Source of the DNA: an uncultured Methanosarcinaceae archaeon
Lineage (GTDB): Archaea; Halobacteriota; Methanosarcinia; Methanosarcinales; Methanosarcinaceae
Assembly (NCBI GenBank): GCA_963847185.1
Contig: CAWJYV010000008.1
Span: forward strand, 224,001 to 288,000
Reading direction: 5' to 3'
Length of the DNA: 64,000 nt
A program made the position numbers and the translations under genes. This document shows positions 9,060 through 17,951 of this stretch, one piece after another; the first letter of the stretch is position 1; each line of letters begins with the position of its first letter. The notes beneath the pieces were generated by a model. It did no database searches, was not told where the DNA came from, and saw only the letters and a program-made list of their open reading frames with translations.

Positions 9060-9099
9060 GAAATTTGGACTAGGTAGTTTGAATGCTGAGATATACAGA

Positions 9100-9153
9100 T
9101 GATCAGGAGTTGCGGATGACGAATGTTGTTTGCAACTTCTCTGATCAATTTTT
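9100..9153 (+). terminator. Long (about 21-bp) G-U-rich hairpin plus T-run after the SIMPL gene
   Basis: TGATCAG-GAGTTGCGGATGAC-gaat-GTTGTTTGCAACTT-ct-CTGATCA then ATTTTT. Confidence 0.6.
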
Positions 9154-9427
9154 GACAGACTCATAGCCAAATTAGGCAGAAAAAAGTATTTTTAAAGCTT
9201 CTCTTTTTAAGCACGTAACTATCTAAATCTAAAAATTTAAAAGTATTTTCTGCTATGTTAATATATCATCTAAAAACTTGTGTAGTTGAGTTCTGGCGCC
9301 AGCAGCATAAAAACGCCCACCTATCTATTATGCTGTTTTGCAAAAATATGTAGAGGCTTCATTTTGAGATTGACTTAAAACAATAGTGGAGTTAGAATTC
9401 TAAAATAACCAATGTGGTCTGATTAAA

Positions 9428-10519
9428 ATGCTCAAAAGAAGGAATATTGGCAAATGGCTTATACTAATTATTTTTGTGTCAGTTTTATTTTCGATTTCTG
9501 CAAGTGCGGATGTTGGATCAAATGATTCTTCATACACGATACCTGAATATGGTCCTGAGTTTTTTAACGAACTCAAAAAGAATCCACACTTCATTACTAG
9601 TAGAGGATCATTTCCGGATCCAACAAATGATAATGGAAGTGGGGATTTCTTTTCAAATCCCGTATATAAGTGTTGGAGTAATGTAACAGAAAACGACCAG
9701 TTTATTGCAGAACTTGATGATCCTATCATTGGTTTTAGTTATGCAGGCGCAGGTTGCATAGTCGTAGAATTAGAGTCTGATTCTTCCGAGAAAGTAAATG
9801 AAACAACAATTGATGAAATTTATCAGAGAATAGATGGTTACTGTGAACAGGAGGATGTAAGTGAAGTGCCTGTTCTCTTCATGTGGTCACATATAGAGGA
9901 AGATCTCCCGTTACCGGATTATGGGCCTCAGATTTTCGAGGAAGTTAAAAATGAGCCCGACTTCATAGCTACTCGGGGAACAATGCCTGTAATTACAAAT
10001 GCCAGTGAAAAAGTGGAATGGGAAGAAACGGCAGGGAAGTGTATTCATAGTTTCAGAGATGAACTTGATTCTTATATGTTAGAAAATGGTGGTCCATTAA
10101 CCGGTTATGGTTATAACTACAGGGGTTATATATTTGTGGCCTTTGATCCAGAATCTCCAGAAAGTGTTAATGATACTATAATTGATGAAATTTATCTAAT
10201 AATCGAAGACCACTGTGAGCAAAAAGGTGTAAGTGAGGTACCAGTAGTTTTTGAGTGGATAGGAGTACCAATTGATGATTTAGCACCAGCTGATGAATCA
10301 GATGCGGATGAAGAAATGGTTACTATAACAGATAAAGATGGAAATTATATAGATGTAGATAAAGAAAATATATATATTGACAAAAATGGAAATTTTGCAA
10401 TTAAAGATAATGAAACAACACAGAAAACTAATGAGAAAGCTAATCAAGCACCTGGTTTTACTTCAATAATGGTCATTCTGGGGTTTTTATTGTTGCTAAT
10501 TATCAAGCGTTCAACATAA
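9428..10519 (+). CDS. Secreted cell-surface protein with two internal repeats and a PGF-CTERM-like sorting signal
   Basis: Signal peptide; duplicated ~130-aa domain (IPEYGPEFF...RGSFP / LPDYGPQIF...RGTMP); C-terminal APGF + TM + KR. Confidence 0.85.
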   Translation: MLKRRNIGKWLILIIFVSVLFSISASADVGSNDSSYTIPEYGPEFFNELKKNPHFITSRGSFPDPTNDNGSGDFFSNPVYKCWSNVTENDQFIAELDDPIIGFSYAGAGCIVVELESDSSEKVNETTIDEIYQRIDGYCEQEDVSEVPVLFMWSHIEEDLPLPDYGPQIFEEVKNEPDFIATRGTMPVITNASEKVEWEETAGKCIHSFRDELDSYMLENGGPLTGYGYNYRGYIFVAFDPESPESVNDTIIDEIYLIIEDHCEQKGVSEVPVVFEWIGVPIDDLAPADESDADEEMVTITDKDGNYIDVDKENIYIDKNGNFAIKDNETTQKTNEKANQAPGFTSIMVILGFLLLLIIKRST

Positions 10520-10654
10520 ATGCGCAATTTAATGTTAATCCCACACATTAATTCCTTTGGAATGTAAGAAAAGTAATTTTAGAACATGGATCAGATAAGT
10601 TCCGAAAAAAAGTGTAGCCTTTGTAAGGCTACCTGAATAAGTCTTTTTGCCGCG

Positions 10655-11995
10655 TTACTGTGAATCTGTGATGGGGGTTAGCTGACCTCCATCAGTCAGA
10701 GTATAGGTTTTGCCTTCAAGCCAGCTGTTTGTACTGGAATTTGAATCATAGTAGACAGTATAACCATTGTCTTTGATATTGGCCAGTGTGGAGTCTTCAT
10801 CTGTCAGGTTTGTAAGATAAGAAGTTCCTGTCACATTCCATGTACTTGTTGAATCCAGGGTCAAAGCTACCGAACCTCCGGCATTGTCCGAATTTATAGC
10901 TCCTGTAAGGGCAGTGCTATTCTTCAATATGACTGCAATTGAGCTGATATTATCACAGGTAATATTACCGGTAAGGGTCTCATTTTCTGCATTGAAGGTT
11001 ACATTACCACCGTTTGATCCGGTATTACCCCATCTATCGGCACTGGCTGTCAAAAGGGTACCGGATTTTACAGTTAAATCCGCGCCTTTTAGCTCGATTA
11101 TGGATTGAGTGTTTGTAATATAGAAGAGGGGACCTGCTTCTGCCTTAAGTGAGCCACCGTTCATCGTAAATCTGCTGGTACCTACTTCAGCATCGCCGGA
11201 GAAACTCTGGTAGAGCATAGCTCCGCATTTTTTCTCACCTGAAAGAGTGACATTCGTCAGAGATATGGGGTTCTTTCCTTCTATTACGGCTGCTTCTGAT
11301 CCTGTAGCTGTAATTATTGAATCAAATACTGTAATGTTGCCTGTGGAATAAATTCCTGGAGAGCCTTCTCCTGCTGTGTTCATGGTGCCTCCAGTAACAG
11401 TAATAGTTCCGCTTCCACGGTCTGTTGCAATGGCTGCACAGTGCTGGCCGGCGGTGGTGATATCTACATCAGTACAGGTTATAGTACCTGCCTGGGTTGC
11501 ATCCACACCACGGGAACCATCAGCAGAGGTTTCAATTTTAACATTAGTCAAATTAACTGAAGATCCTGAGCCTGTTGCAAATACTGCATTAGCACCATTG
11601 GCGTTTGTAGTTACTGTACAATTACTGAGTTCTATTACACTTCCTGATTCTGCAAGTACGCCAGCATTGAGGCCATAAAAATCACTGTTTTCATTTGAAG
11701 AAGTGTTCCCTGTCTTTGTCACTGTTGAATCATATAAAGTAAAAGTCCCGCTATTATTAACTTTAACAGCACTTTCGTCGGTATTGGTCGCAGTAAATGC
11801 CTGGCTTGAACTTGTTCCGGTTCCTCCGCTCTGTGTGTACGCTTCACTTTCCTTTGAGGTCTCATCTGCCGTATCGGCGGTCTCAATTTTGCTTGAGGTA
11901 TCCGATTTGGCTACACATCCACAACCTGCCAAAGTAATCAAACTGGCAATCAGCACCAACGTGAACATACCTCTAAATATCAGGTACTTTTTCAT
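10655..11995 (-). CDS. Ser/Thr/Gly-rich putative lipoprotein with beta-helix (adhesin/pectin-lyase-like) repeats
   Basis: Lipobox-like LAGC; repeated I-x-T-x-G-x-x-S-x-G units; 446-aa ORF. Confidence 0.75.
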   Translation of the reverse strand: MKKYLIFRGMFTLVLIASLITLAGCGCVAKSDTSSKIETADTADETSKESEAYTQSGGTGTSSSQAFTATNTDESAVKVNNSGTFTLYDSTVTKTGNTSSNENSDFYGLNAGVLAESGSVIELSNCTVTTNANGANAVFATGSGSSVNLTNVKIETSADGSRGVDATQAGTITCTDVDITTAGQHCAAIATDRGSGTITVTGGTMNTAGEGSPGIYSTGNITVFDSIITATGSEAAVIEGKNPISLTNVTLSGEKKCGAMLYQSFSGDAEVGTSRFTMNGGSLKAEAGPLFYITNTQSIIELKGADLTVKSGTLLTASADRWGNTGSNGGNVTFNAENETLTGNITCDNISSIAVILKNSTALTGAINSDNAGGSVALTLDSTSTWNVTGTSYLTNLTDEDSTLANIKDNGYTVYYDSNSSTNSWLEGKTYTLTDGGQLTPITDSQ

Positions 11996-12554
11996 TTTTC
12001 TCTTCCTCGTCTAGATTGATCGCTTCCTAACTCTCTTACTCTATAATATTTGTGGCTCAACTCAGTGTAATCTTCTCATATTTTATAGTGATTATGCTCA
12101 TCAGGTATACTCATAAGGGATTTAAGACTAACCTGAAAAATCAATATCATCAGGCTTTTTAATGTGGTTTTTTCCAGATCATCTTTATGTGACCCTTAAT
12201 CATCAGATAAATAGATAAAGATACTTGCAGGATGAGAGCTAAAAAGAGATTTATTCTGTTTTTTAAGGTTAATTAATCAACTTTTATTAAATTAAAGCTT
12301 CATTAAGTCTTTTTAAACTTTATATTTTTGTTTTAAAGTTTCATACTTCAAATCTACTCAAAAAATAATTGATTGTTCTTAGAAAATAAAAATCGTATTT
12401 TGAATTCCTCCAGCTTTGCTTCGGAATCACGGGAAATTGGAAATTTTCTGGGAGTTACGATGTAGCCACAACAGTAAGCAGTCTGTTTCTCTTAGCCCAA
12501 GCGGACCAATTTATATTAACTAAGTTTTGCTCAAGCAGATTTATCCTTGCTTCA

Positions 12555-13403
12555 TCAGTTTTTCCTAAAGGCTACTTTTTTTCCACAGTACTGGTGGAGT
12601 TTTTTCGTTCCTCCAGCCTCACTGACGACGGTAAGCATTGTCCAGGGGTCAAGAATCCGGGTACCCATTACTGCAGTAACTCCTCTCTCAAAGAAGGGTT
12701 TTGGGTAGAGCGGAGCGCTTGGGCCAAGTAGAATTACCTCTCTTGCTTCTCCTCGGAGAGAAAGAAGTTCATCAAATGTTTGATTAGCAAGGGTACTTGC
12801 ACTGAGGATAATTACGTCAGATTCAGGCAGAATTTCTCTCGCTTTTTCGGAGGGCAGGGTTCTGACTTTTGGGTTTTCGATTTCACGTTTCTCGAGGACT
12901 GTGAATTTACTGGTTATTTTCAGAATTTTTGGGACAAGGGGGCTGAAGTATCCAACCATTGCAACGCTATCTTCAGGTTCTATAAGGTCAAGGATGTCCA
13001 CTTCAGATGTAGGAAATTTTTCAGGTTCGAGATCCAATAGCATGTGAGAAAGAGCATTTGCTGTTGAAATTCCAATCGCTGTTTCGAGGGGGTTTTCCGA
13101 GAGGGCCAGTTCAAGAATCTTATCCGCAGTTTTTCCTTTCAATATGCCTGAAAAACCCAGGGACGGACAGCCGGAAAATTCGTAAAGAGGAGTGCAGGCT
13201 ACGCCTCCGTAATTCTCAGATAACATGACTCCTGTATAAGCTAGCCCTATTCTGATATCTTTAACCTCAATTTCTTCAAGGGCCGGGCCAAAATCATTTC
13301 TTATTTCTTTCACAAGAGCAGATAATATTCCATTTTCTGTCCCTTTTTCCTGATTCTCATTCTCAAATCTTTTTATTTTCGCACAGTTTCCAGTTTCTGG
13401 CAT
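12555..13403 (-). CDS. DUF364 (Rossmann-like, putative metal-chelating) family protein
   Basis: IRIGLAYTGV, AIGISTANAL, VAMVGYFSP, ILSASTLANQT, LLGPSAP motifs; RBS AGGTGG. Confidence 0.85.
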   Translation of the reverse strand: MPETGNCAKIKRFENENQEKGTENGILSALVKEIRNDFGPALEEIEVKDIRIGLAYTGVMLSENYGGVACTPLYEFSGCPSLGFSGILKGKTADKILELALSENPLETAIGISTANALSHMLLDLEPEKFPTSEVDILDLIEPEDSVAMVGYFSPLVPKILKITSKFTVLEKREIENPKVRTLPSEKAREILPESDVIILSASTLANQTFDELLSLRGEAREVILLGPSAPLYPKPFFERGVTAVMGTRILDPWTMLTVVSEAGGTKKLHQYCGKKVAFRKN

Positions 13404-13444
13404 TCAGCCACCTTTTTGAGTATGTAACCCACTGATACACGTAT

Positions 13445-13486
13445 TGATATGTTTGAAAACACATAACGATTAATAAAGTTTTTTCC
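13445..13486 (-). promoter_or_regulatory. BRE/TATA immediately followed by a ModE-type box for the DUF364 gene
   Basis: Minus strand reads GGAAAAAA-CTTTATTAAT-CGTTATGT-N8-ACATATCA (box at 13445-13468). Confidence 0.65.
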
Positions 13487-13500
13487 AAAAATTAGAATTG

Positions 13501-13615
13501 GGTCGTGTCCGTTAGTTATTGATCAATTCTGAAAAAGCGAGTACATCTTCAGCATCTTAGTAAAATGAAGAGAGGTTCTTATGCTTATGATTTTCAATAA
13601 CTCACACCCACTACC
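13501..13615. mobile_element. MITE (115 bp), IS1-family-like ends, 8-bp target-site duplication
   Basis: TIRs GGTCGTGTCCGTTAGTTATTGA and reverse complement GGTAGTGGGTGTGAGTTATTGA (17/22); TAGAATTG duplicated at 13493-13500 and 13616-13623. Confidence 0.85.
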
Positions 13616-13710
13616 TAGAATTGGGGATAAGGAGATTAGTTTTCAGGAGTTTAGGATCCGTTATGAGTTTTATTTTCTGAAAAAAAGGATTTTAAGATTT
13701 TTTACACTAA

Positions 13711-14352
13711 TCATATATCATACAATCTTTTTCTATATTTTTCCAGCTCTTCTGCTCCTCTTTCTCTGGACATACCGCTTACTTCGTATATTATGTGAGA
13801 AGGCAGTACTTTCATTCCCATAAATTCAAAAATACAGTGAGTTACAGATTCCAGGCGTTTATTAAGATCTCCATGCGCCCCGCTTTCGGAATACATTCCT
13901 TCAGGAGCTCCGGTGGTCGTAGCGAGCATTGCAGACTTGTCTTTGAAAAGTCCGGTTTCGTATGCACTGTTAGTAGCCGGATTAAACCCAAATCCAGGAG
14001 CTAAAACGCGGTCGATCCAGCCTTTCATTATGGCTGGCATGGACGTAAAGTATATTGGGAACTGGAAGATCAGGAGATCGGCCCACTTTACTTTTTCCAT
14101 CTCTTCTTTAATGTCGGGAACAAAAGCCCCTGTCTTTGAAGCATTTAAAGCTTCCAGGAAGGCATTAAAAATATCCGGTTTTTTCCTATCGGGAAAGTCC
14201 GAAGCTTTCAGGATGGGATCAAAATTCATTGCATACAGGTCAGAAAGTTTCACTTCATGCCCCTTTTCCTGCAGGGCAGATAACGCTTCATCTTTCAAAG
14301 CGCCGTTAAATGATTTCGGTTCCGGGTGTGCGTAAATGTAAAGGACTTTCAT
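13711..14352 (-). CDS. NAD(P)H dehydrogenase (quinone), flavodoxin-2 / NQO / KefF family
   Basis: IYAHPEPKSFN, SDLYAMNFDP, WADLLIFQFPIYF, MPAIMKGWIDRV. Confidence 0.92.
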   Translation of the reverse strand: MKVLYIYAHPEPKSFNGALKDEALSALQEKGHEVKLSDLYAMNFDPILKASDFPDRKKPDIFNAFLEALNASKTGAFVPDIKEEMEKVKWADLLIFQFPIYFTSMPAIMKGWIDRVLAPGFGFNPATNSAYETGLFKDKSAMLATTTGAPEGMYSESGAHGDLNKRLESVTHCIFEFMGMKVLPSHIIYEVSGMSRERGAEELEKYRKRLYDI

Positions 14353-14521
14353 TCCATTCCCCCAAATTCTATCTATAAGATTTATTTCCCTGAATAAAAA
14401 AGTAAGGTCACCTTTCTTTTTTGAGGTAAATATGCACGAAATTTGCTCATTGGACTTTTACTGAGTGAGCTTCTGCATTAGCATGCATCAAACAAAAACA
14501 TAAATTCGCTGTTTAGCTAAA

Positions 14522-15097
14522 TCATGCGTTGAGCTTCTTCAAAAGCCAGGCCATATTCCGGCCCAGAGTTTGCATTGTCCTGATGCCTTCCTCATCTTTT
14601 TCAACTTCACCTTCTGCAAGACCTATTCCCATATTCCAGTAACTGGATCCAGGAATTATCATCTCAGAAATGGTAAAGAAATGGTTGATGGAATCAAAGA
14701 CATGAATTGATCCTGCCCTTCTTACTGCAACAACAGCTGCCCCTACTTTGTGTTTGAACATGTCATTATTGGCTTTGGCAACAAAGCCAGCTCTGTCTAT
14801 TAGGGCTTTGAGCTCAGGAGTCAGGTCTGCAAAATAGGTAGGAGAGGCGAGGATAATGCCATCTGCTTCAAGCATCTTGTCGATACATTCGTTTACGATA
14901 TCTTTACTTCTAACACAATTCCTGTCTTTATTTTCAAAACATTTCCCACATGCAGTGCAGCCGTGGATACTTTTTCCTCCTACCTGCACAGTTTCAGTTC
15001 CTACCCCTTCCTTTTCAAGTTCAGCGAGGACATATTGGATCAGGATAGCCGTATTTCCATTCTTTCTCGGACTTCCGTTGAATGCAATAACTTTCAT
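14522..15097 (-). CDS. Iron-sulfur flavoprotein (Isf) / NADPH-dependent FMN reductase
   Basis: [16 protein letters not shown]...[13 protein letters not shown]. Confidence 0.9.
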   Translation of the reverse strand: MKVIAFNGSPRKNGNTAILIQYVLAELEKEGVGTETVQVGGKSIHGCTACGKCFENKDRNCVRSKDIVNECIDKMLEADGIILASPTYFADLTPELKALIDRAGFVAKANNDMFKHKVGAAVVAVRRAGSIHVFDSINHFFTISEMIIPGSSYWNMGIGLAEGEVEKDEEGIRTMQTLGRNMAWLLKKLNA

Positions 15098-15150
15098 TTC
15101 TTGATTCCCTCTAGAAAACTACTTTTCTATATTTTAATCAACTTTTTCTT

Positions 15151-15723
15151 TTACTCGTTCCCTTTCAGACTTTTTCCTATTTTCCAGGCGGCTCCGGCAT
15201 AGTCCCCTACGACCCAGTAATTGTTGTCTGGCATAGTAAGAAGAAGGGGGTCCATTTTCTTGATGTCCGGTTTACCCTGAGTAAGATATTGCTCTTCAGA
15301 ATAGGCATCAGTAATTTCTCCAACAAAAAAGTAGTGTGTTGGAAATTCCAGGATTTCGACCAGCCTGCACTCAAGGTTCAGAGTGCATTCTTTAATCATG
15401 GGAGCTGTTTCCAATTCTCCGTAAAATACTTCAAACATATTGGATTTATCTGTCTTTTCCCCGGAGAAAAGTCCACAGTAATCGGTTTCTTTAATCATTT
15501 CAGCACCTGGAAAATTGATGCTGAAGTTTTTGTTTTCCTTTATACCCCCTGGCGTGTAATGGGATTTGCGCACTCCTATTCCTATCATTGGAGGGTTTGC
15601 ATTCACACGAGTGACCCAGCCGAGAGCCATAAAATTGGCTTTCCCTTTAACGTTTACCCCAAGGAGGGTTACTGGCATAGGATATACGAATACGTTGTTA
15701 TTGATCTTGATTTTGTCTACCAT
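15151..15723 (-). CDS. Flavin reductase family protein (flavoredoxin-like)
   Basis: YPMPVTLLG, NFMALGW, APMIKECTLNLEC, HYFFVGEI. Confidence 0.9.
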   Translation of the reverse strand: MVDKIKINNNVFVYPMPVTLLGVNVKGKANFMALGWVTRVNANPPMIGIGVRKSHYTPGGIKENKNFSINFPGAEMIKETDYCGLFSGEKTDKSNMFEVFYGELETAPMIKECTLNLECRLVEILEFPTHYFFVGEITDAYSEEQYLTQGKPDIKKMDPLLLTMPDNNYWVVGDYAGAAWKIGKSLKGNE

Positions 15724-15845
15724 GATCGCCTTCCCCCAACGATTGTTAAGAGTTTTTTGCAGACAATATTTTAAAATACTCTATCCCCTGTTTTGTCATT
15801 TTTATCTGGAATAACACAGAGCCCTTATCCTGCCTGTTTTCGGCA

Positions 15846-16370
15846 TCATTTTTGCTTCTGGCCGTATCTGTTGTAATAAGCTTTTTCTTCCCTATACCTG
15901 TCCTGAGGTGTGGGTTCCTGAGCAGGATATCCTATAGGTATAAAAGCCAGAGGAATTACATGTTCAGGCAGCCCAAAAGCTTTCCGAAAACCCTCAATTC
16001 GGTCCTTCATGGGATAGATTCCTGTCCAGACTGCTCCAAGGCCGCAATCGTGAGCTGCAAGCAGGAGGTTCTGGGTGGCTGCAGAACAATCCTGTACCCA
16101 GAAGCCGGGAATTTTTTCCTGAGTCGTATCTCCGCAGATCAGGATTGCAAGGGATGCTTCTCTGCACATAGCAGCATAAGGGCTGAACGTAGGAATTTCT
16201 TCAAGAAGCTTTCTGTCATCGACAACAATGAAGATCCAGGGCTGGGAATTAACAGCCGACGGGGCGCTCATAGCAGCCCTGAGTAATTCTGTGACAAGCT
16301 CCCTTGGAACTTGCCTGTCTGTGTATTTTCTAATGCTTCTTCGAGTGTGAATTGCTTCAAGAGTGTCCAT
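15846..16370 (-). CDS. Nitroreductase family protein
   Basis: IHTRRSIRKY, APSAVNSQPW, QNLLLAAHDCGLGAVW. Confidence 0.93.
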   Translation of the reverse strand: MDTLEAIHTRRSIRKYTDRQVPRELVTELLRAAMSAPSAVNSQPWIFIVVDDRKLLEEIPTFSPYAAMCREASLAILICGDTTQEKIPGFWVQDCSAATQNLLLAAHDCGLGAVWTGIYPMKDRIEGFRKAFGLPEHVIPLAFIPIGYPAQEPTPQDRYREEKAYYNRYGQKQK

Positions 16371-16460
16371 ACTAATACTTCCTCCCCTTTTGTGAAAAAA
16401 TGAGCATGGAAGCCCCTTATGTATGGGCTTCCTGTTTTTCTGAGTTTTTAATTTTTTTCA

Positions 16461-17018
16461 TTATTTAAGCAGATTAAGGCCTGCATTCTTTGCTTTATTC
16501 ATGAATTCTGCGTTATTCTTAACTTCTCCTGGAGCCTGATATCCGGCTGCAACAAGGGTATCTTTTACATCCATGCCCAGGAAGTTGGAAATTTCCCCTG
16601 CAAACTCTTCATAAACTCCTTTATATGCAGCAGGATCAGGCACACCCTGAGCTCCCACAATCACCGCTTTTTTTCCGGCTGGCAGGCGGGAGGTATGATC
16701 AGGATTTACCAGAGAATAGCAGCGGTCCAGGAAGAGCCGCATCTGGCCTGTAAACTGGGCAAAATAGATGGGAGATCCGAATACCACTCCATCAGCAGCT
16801 GCCAATTCGTCTAACAGTTCTGCAAGGTCATCTTCAAGTTTGCACTTATCATGAGCTTTACAGTAGTTGCAGGCCTGGCAGCCTTTGTAGTTCATCTCAT
16901 TGAGAATAAAGTTCCTTGTTTCAGCTCCTGCTTCAGATGCTCCTTCAAGGACCTGCTGGACAACAGCGTTTGTGTTTCCGTTTTTGCGGGGACTTCCTAC
17001 GATACCTATTACTTTCAT
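16461..17018 (-). CDS. Iron-sulfur flavoprotein / flavodoxin family protein
   Basis: [34 protein letters not shown]; ATG 17018 after GAGGCGTGA. Confidence 0.9.
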   Translation of the reverse strand: MKVIGIVGSPRKNGNTNAVVQQVLEGASEAGAETRNFILNEMNYKGCQACNYCKAHDKCKLEDDLAELLDELAAADGVVFGSPIYFAQFTGQMRLFLDRCYSLVNPDHTSRLPAGKKAVIVGAQGVPDPAAYKGVYEEFAGEISNFLGMDVKDTLVAAGYQAPGEVKNNAEFMNKAKNAGLNLLK

Positions 17019-17032
17019 TCTACTCACGCCTC

Positions 17033-17151
17033 TTATTTTTAACTAAATATTCTCAAATCTGTTATTTTTAACTAAATATTCTCAAATCTGTTTTGAGTTA
17101 TATTTGTTGATTTTACATTTATTGAATTTATATTCATTGAGTTTATATTTG
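17033..17151. repeat. 29-bp perfect tandem duplication plus four degenerate ~15-bp repeats in the divergent promoter region
   Basis: TTATTTTTAACTAAATATTCTCAAATCTG at 17033-17061 and 17062-17090; then four TTGA-x-TT(T)AYATT-like units at 17093-17151. Confidence 0.85.
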
Positions 17152-17264
17152 TTATTTCTTTTGAAGCAACCTATGCTTGATGATATCTAATTTGCAGCAA
17201 CTATACTTATATACTATACATACTATCCGGGTACTAACTAACAAAATGGATACTATGAGAGCTT

Positions 17265-17612
17265 ATGGTAAGTGAGAGGAAAAATAACAGGCATTACCAT
17301 TGTCCAGTAGAAGCGACTCTTGAGGTAATCGGAGGCAAATGGAAGCCTATTATCCTATGGCAGTTGAGGGCAGAAAAGCTTCGTTTTTCAGGGCTTCAGC
17401 AAAGCATGCAGGGAATCTCTCCCAAAATGCTTACTAAACAGCTTCGAGAGCTTGAAGAAGACGGGTTGATCCTGAGGGAAATTTATCCTGAAATTCCTCC
17501 TAAAGTTGAATATTCTCTGACAGAATTCGGAAAAACAGTTCTTCCTGTTCTGGATGCCCTTTGTGAATGGGGAAATGAGTACCTTGGAAGAGAGTGTCTA
17601 CTAGATAAATAG
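17265..17612 (+). CDS. HxlR/DUF24-family winged-helix regulator with an N-terminal candidate redox Cys
   Basis: HCPVEATLEVIGGKWKPIILWQL, GISPKMLTKQLRELE, YPEIPPKVEYSLT. Confidence 0.93.
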   Translation: MVSERKNNRHYHCPVEATLEVIGGKWKPIILWQLRAEKLRFSGLQQSMQGISPKMLTKQLRELEEDGLILREIYPEIPPKVEYSLTEFGKTVLPVLDALCEWGNEYLGRECLLDK

Positions 17613-17951
17613 TAGAATTTTCAGTTTATTTCAGACGAACGCTTTTATCCCCTTATTCATGAGATGTTTATGATTAATTTCAGGAAAGCTATATCTCAAT
17701 ATTCACGCAACAAATAAAAATAAGTTTTCTCCCTCTAAGTTGATATCGGTATGGGGTTCAGCCTTTACTCTATTAAAATAGAATGAATCTATAATTCAAA
17801 TAACAATATTCTCTTAAAATATAAAAACAACGATATCCTCTGGGTAAAATACAAATAACAGTATTCTCAGATAAATTCAAAAATTTTTAAAGTCTAATTA
17901 CTAGCTATTGCTAATTATTAATAGGTTAGAAATTAACAGAAACTTTCAAAG

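Noticed and set aside
17033-17151. CRISPR-like array in short direct repeats (also 888-925, 46713-46761)
   Set aside because: Only two adjacent copies or degenerate tandem units, no unique spacers and no cas genes.
17610-17615. Amber (pyrrolysine) read-through at the hxlR stop, and at TAG codons in pseudogenes
   Set aside because: HxlR is complete at a double TAG; the pseudogenes also have TAA stops and frameshifts.
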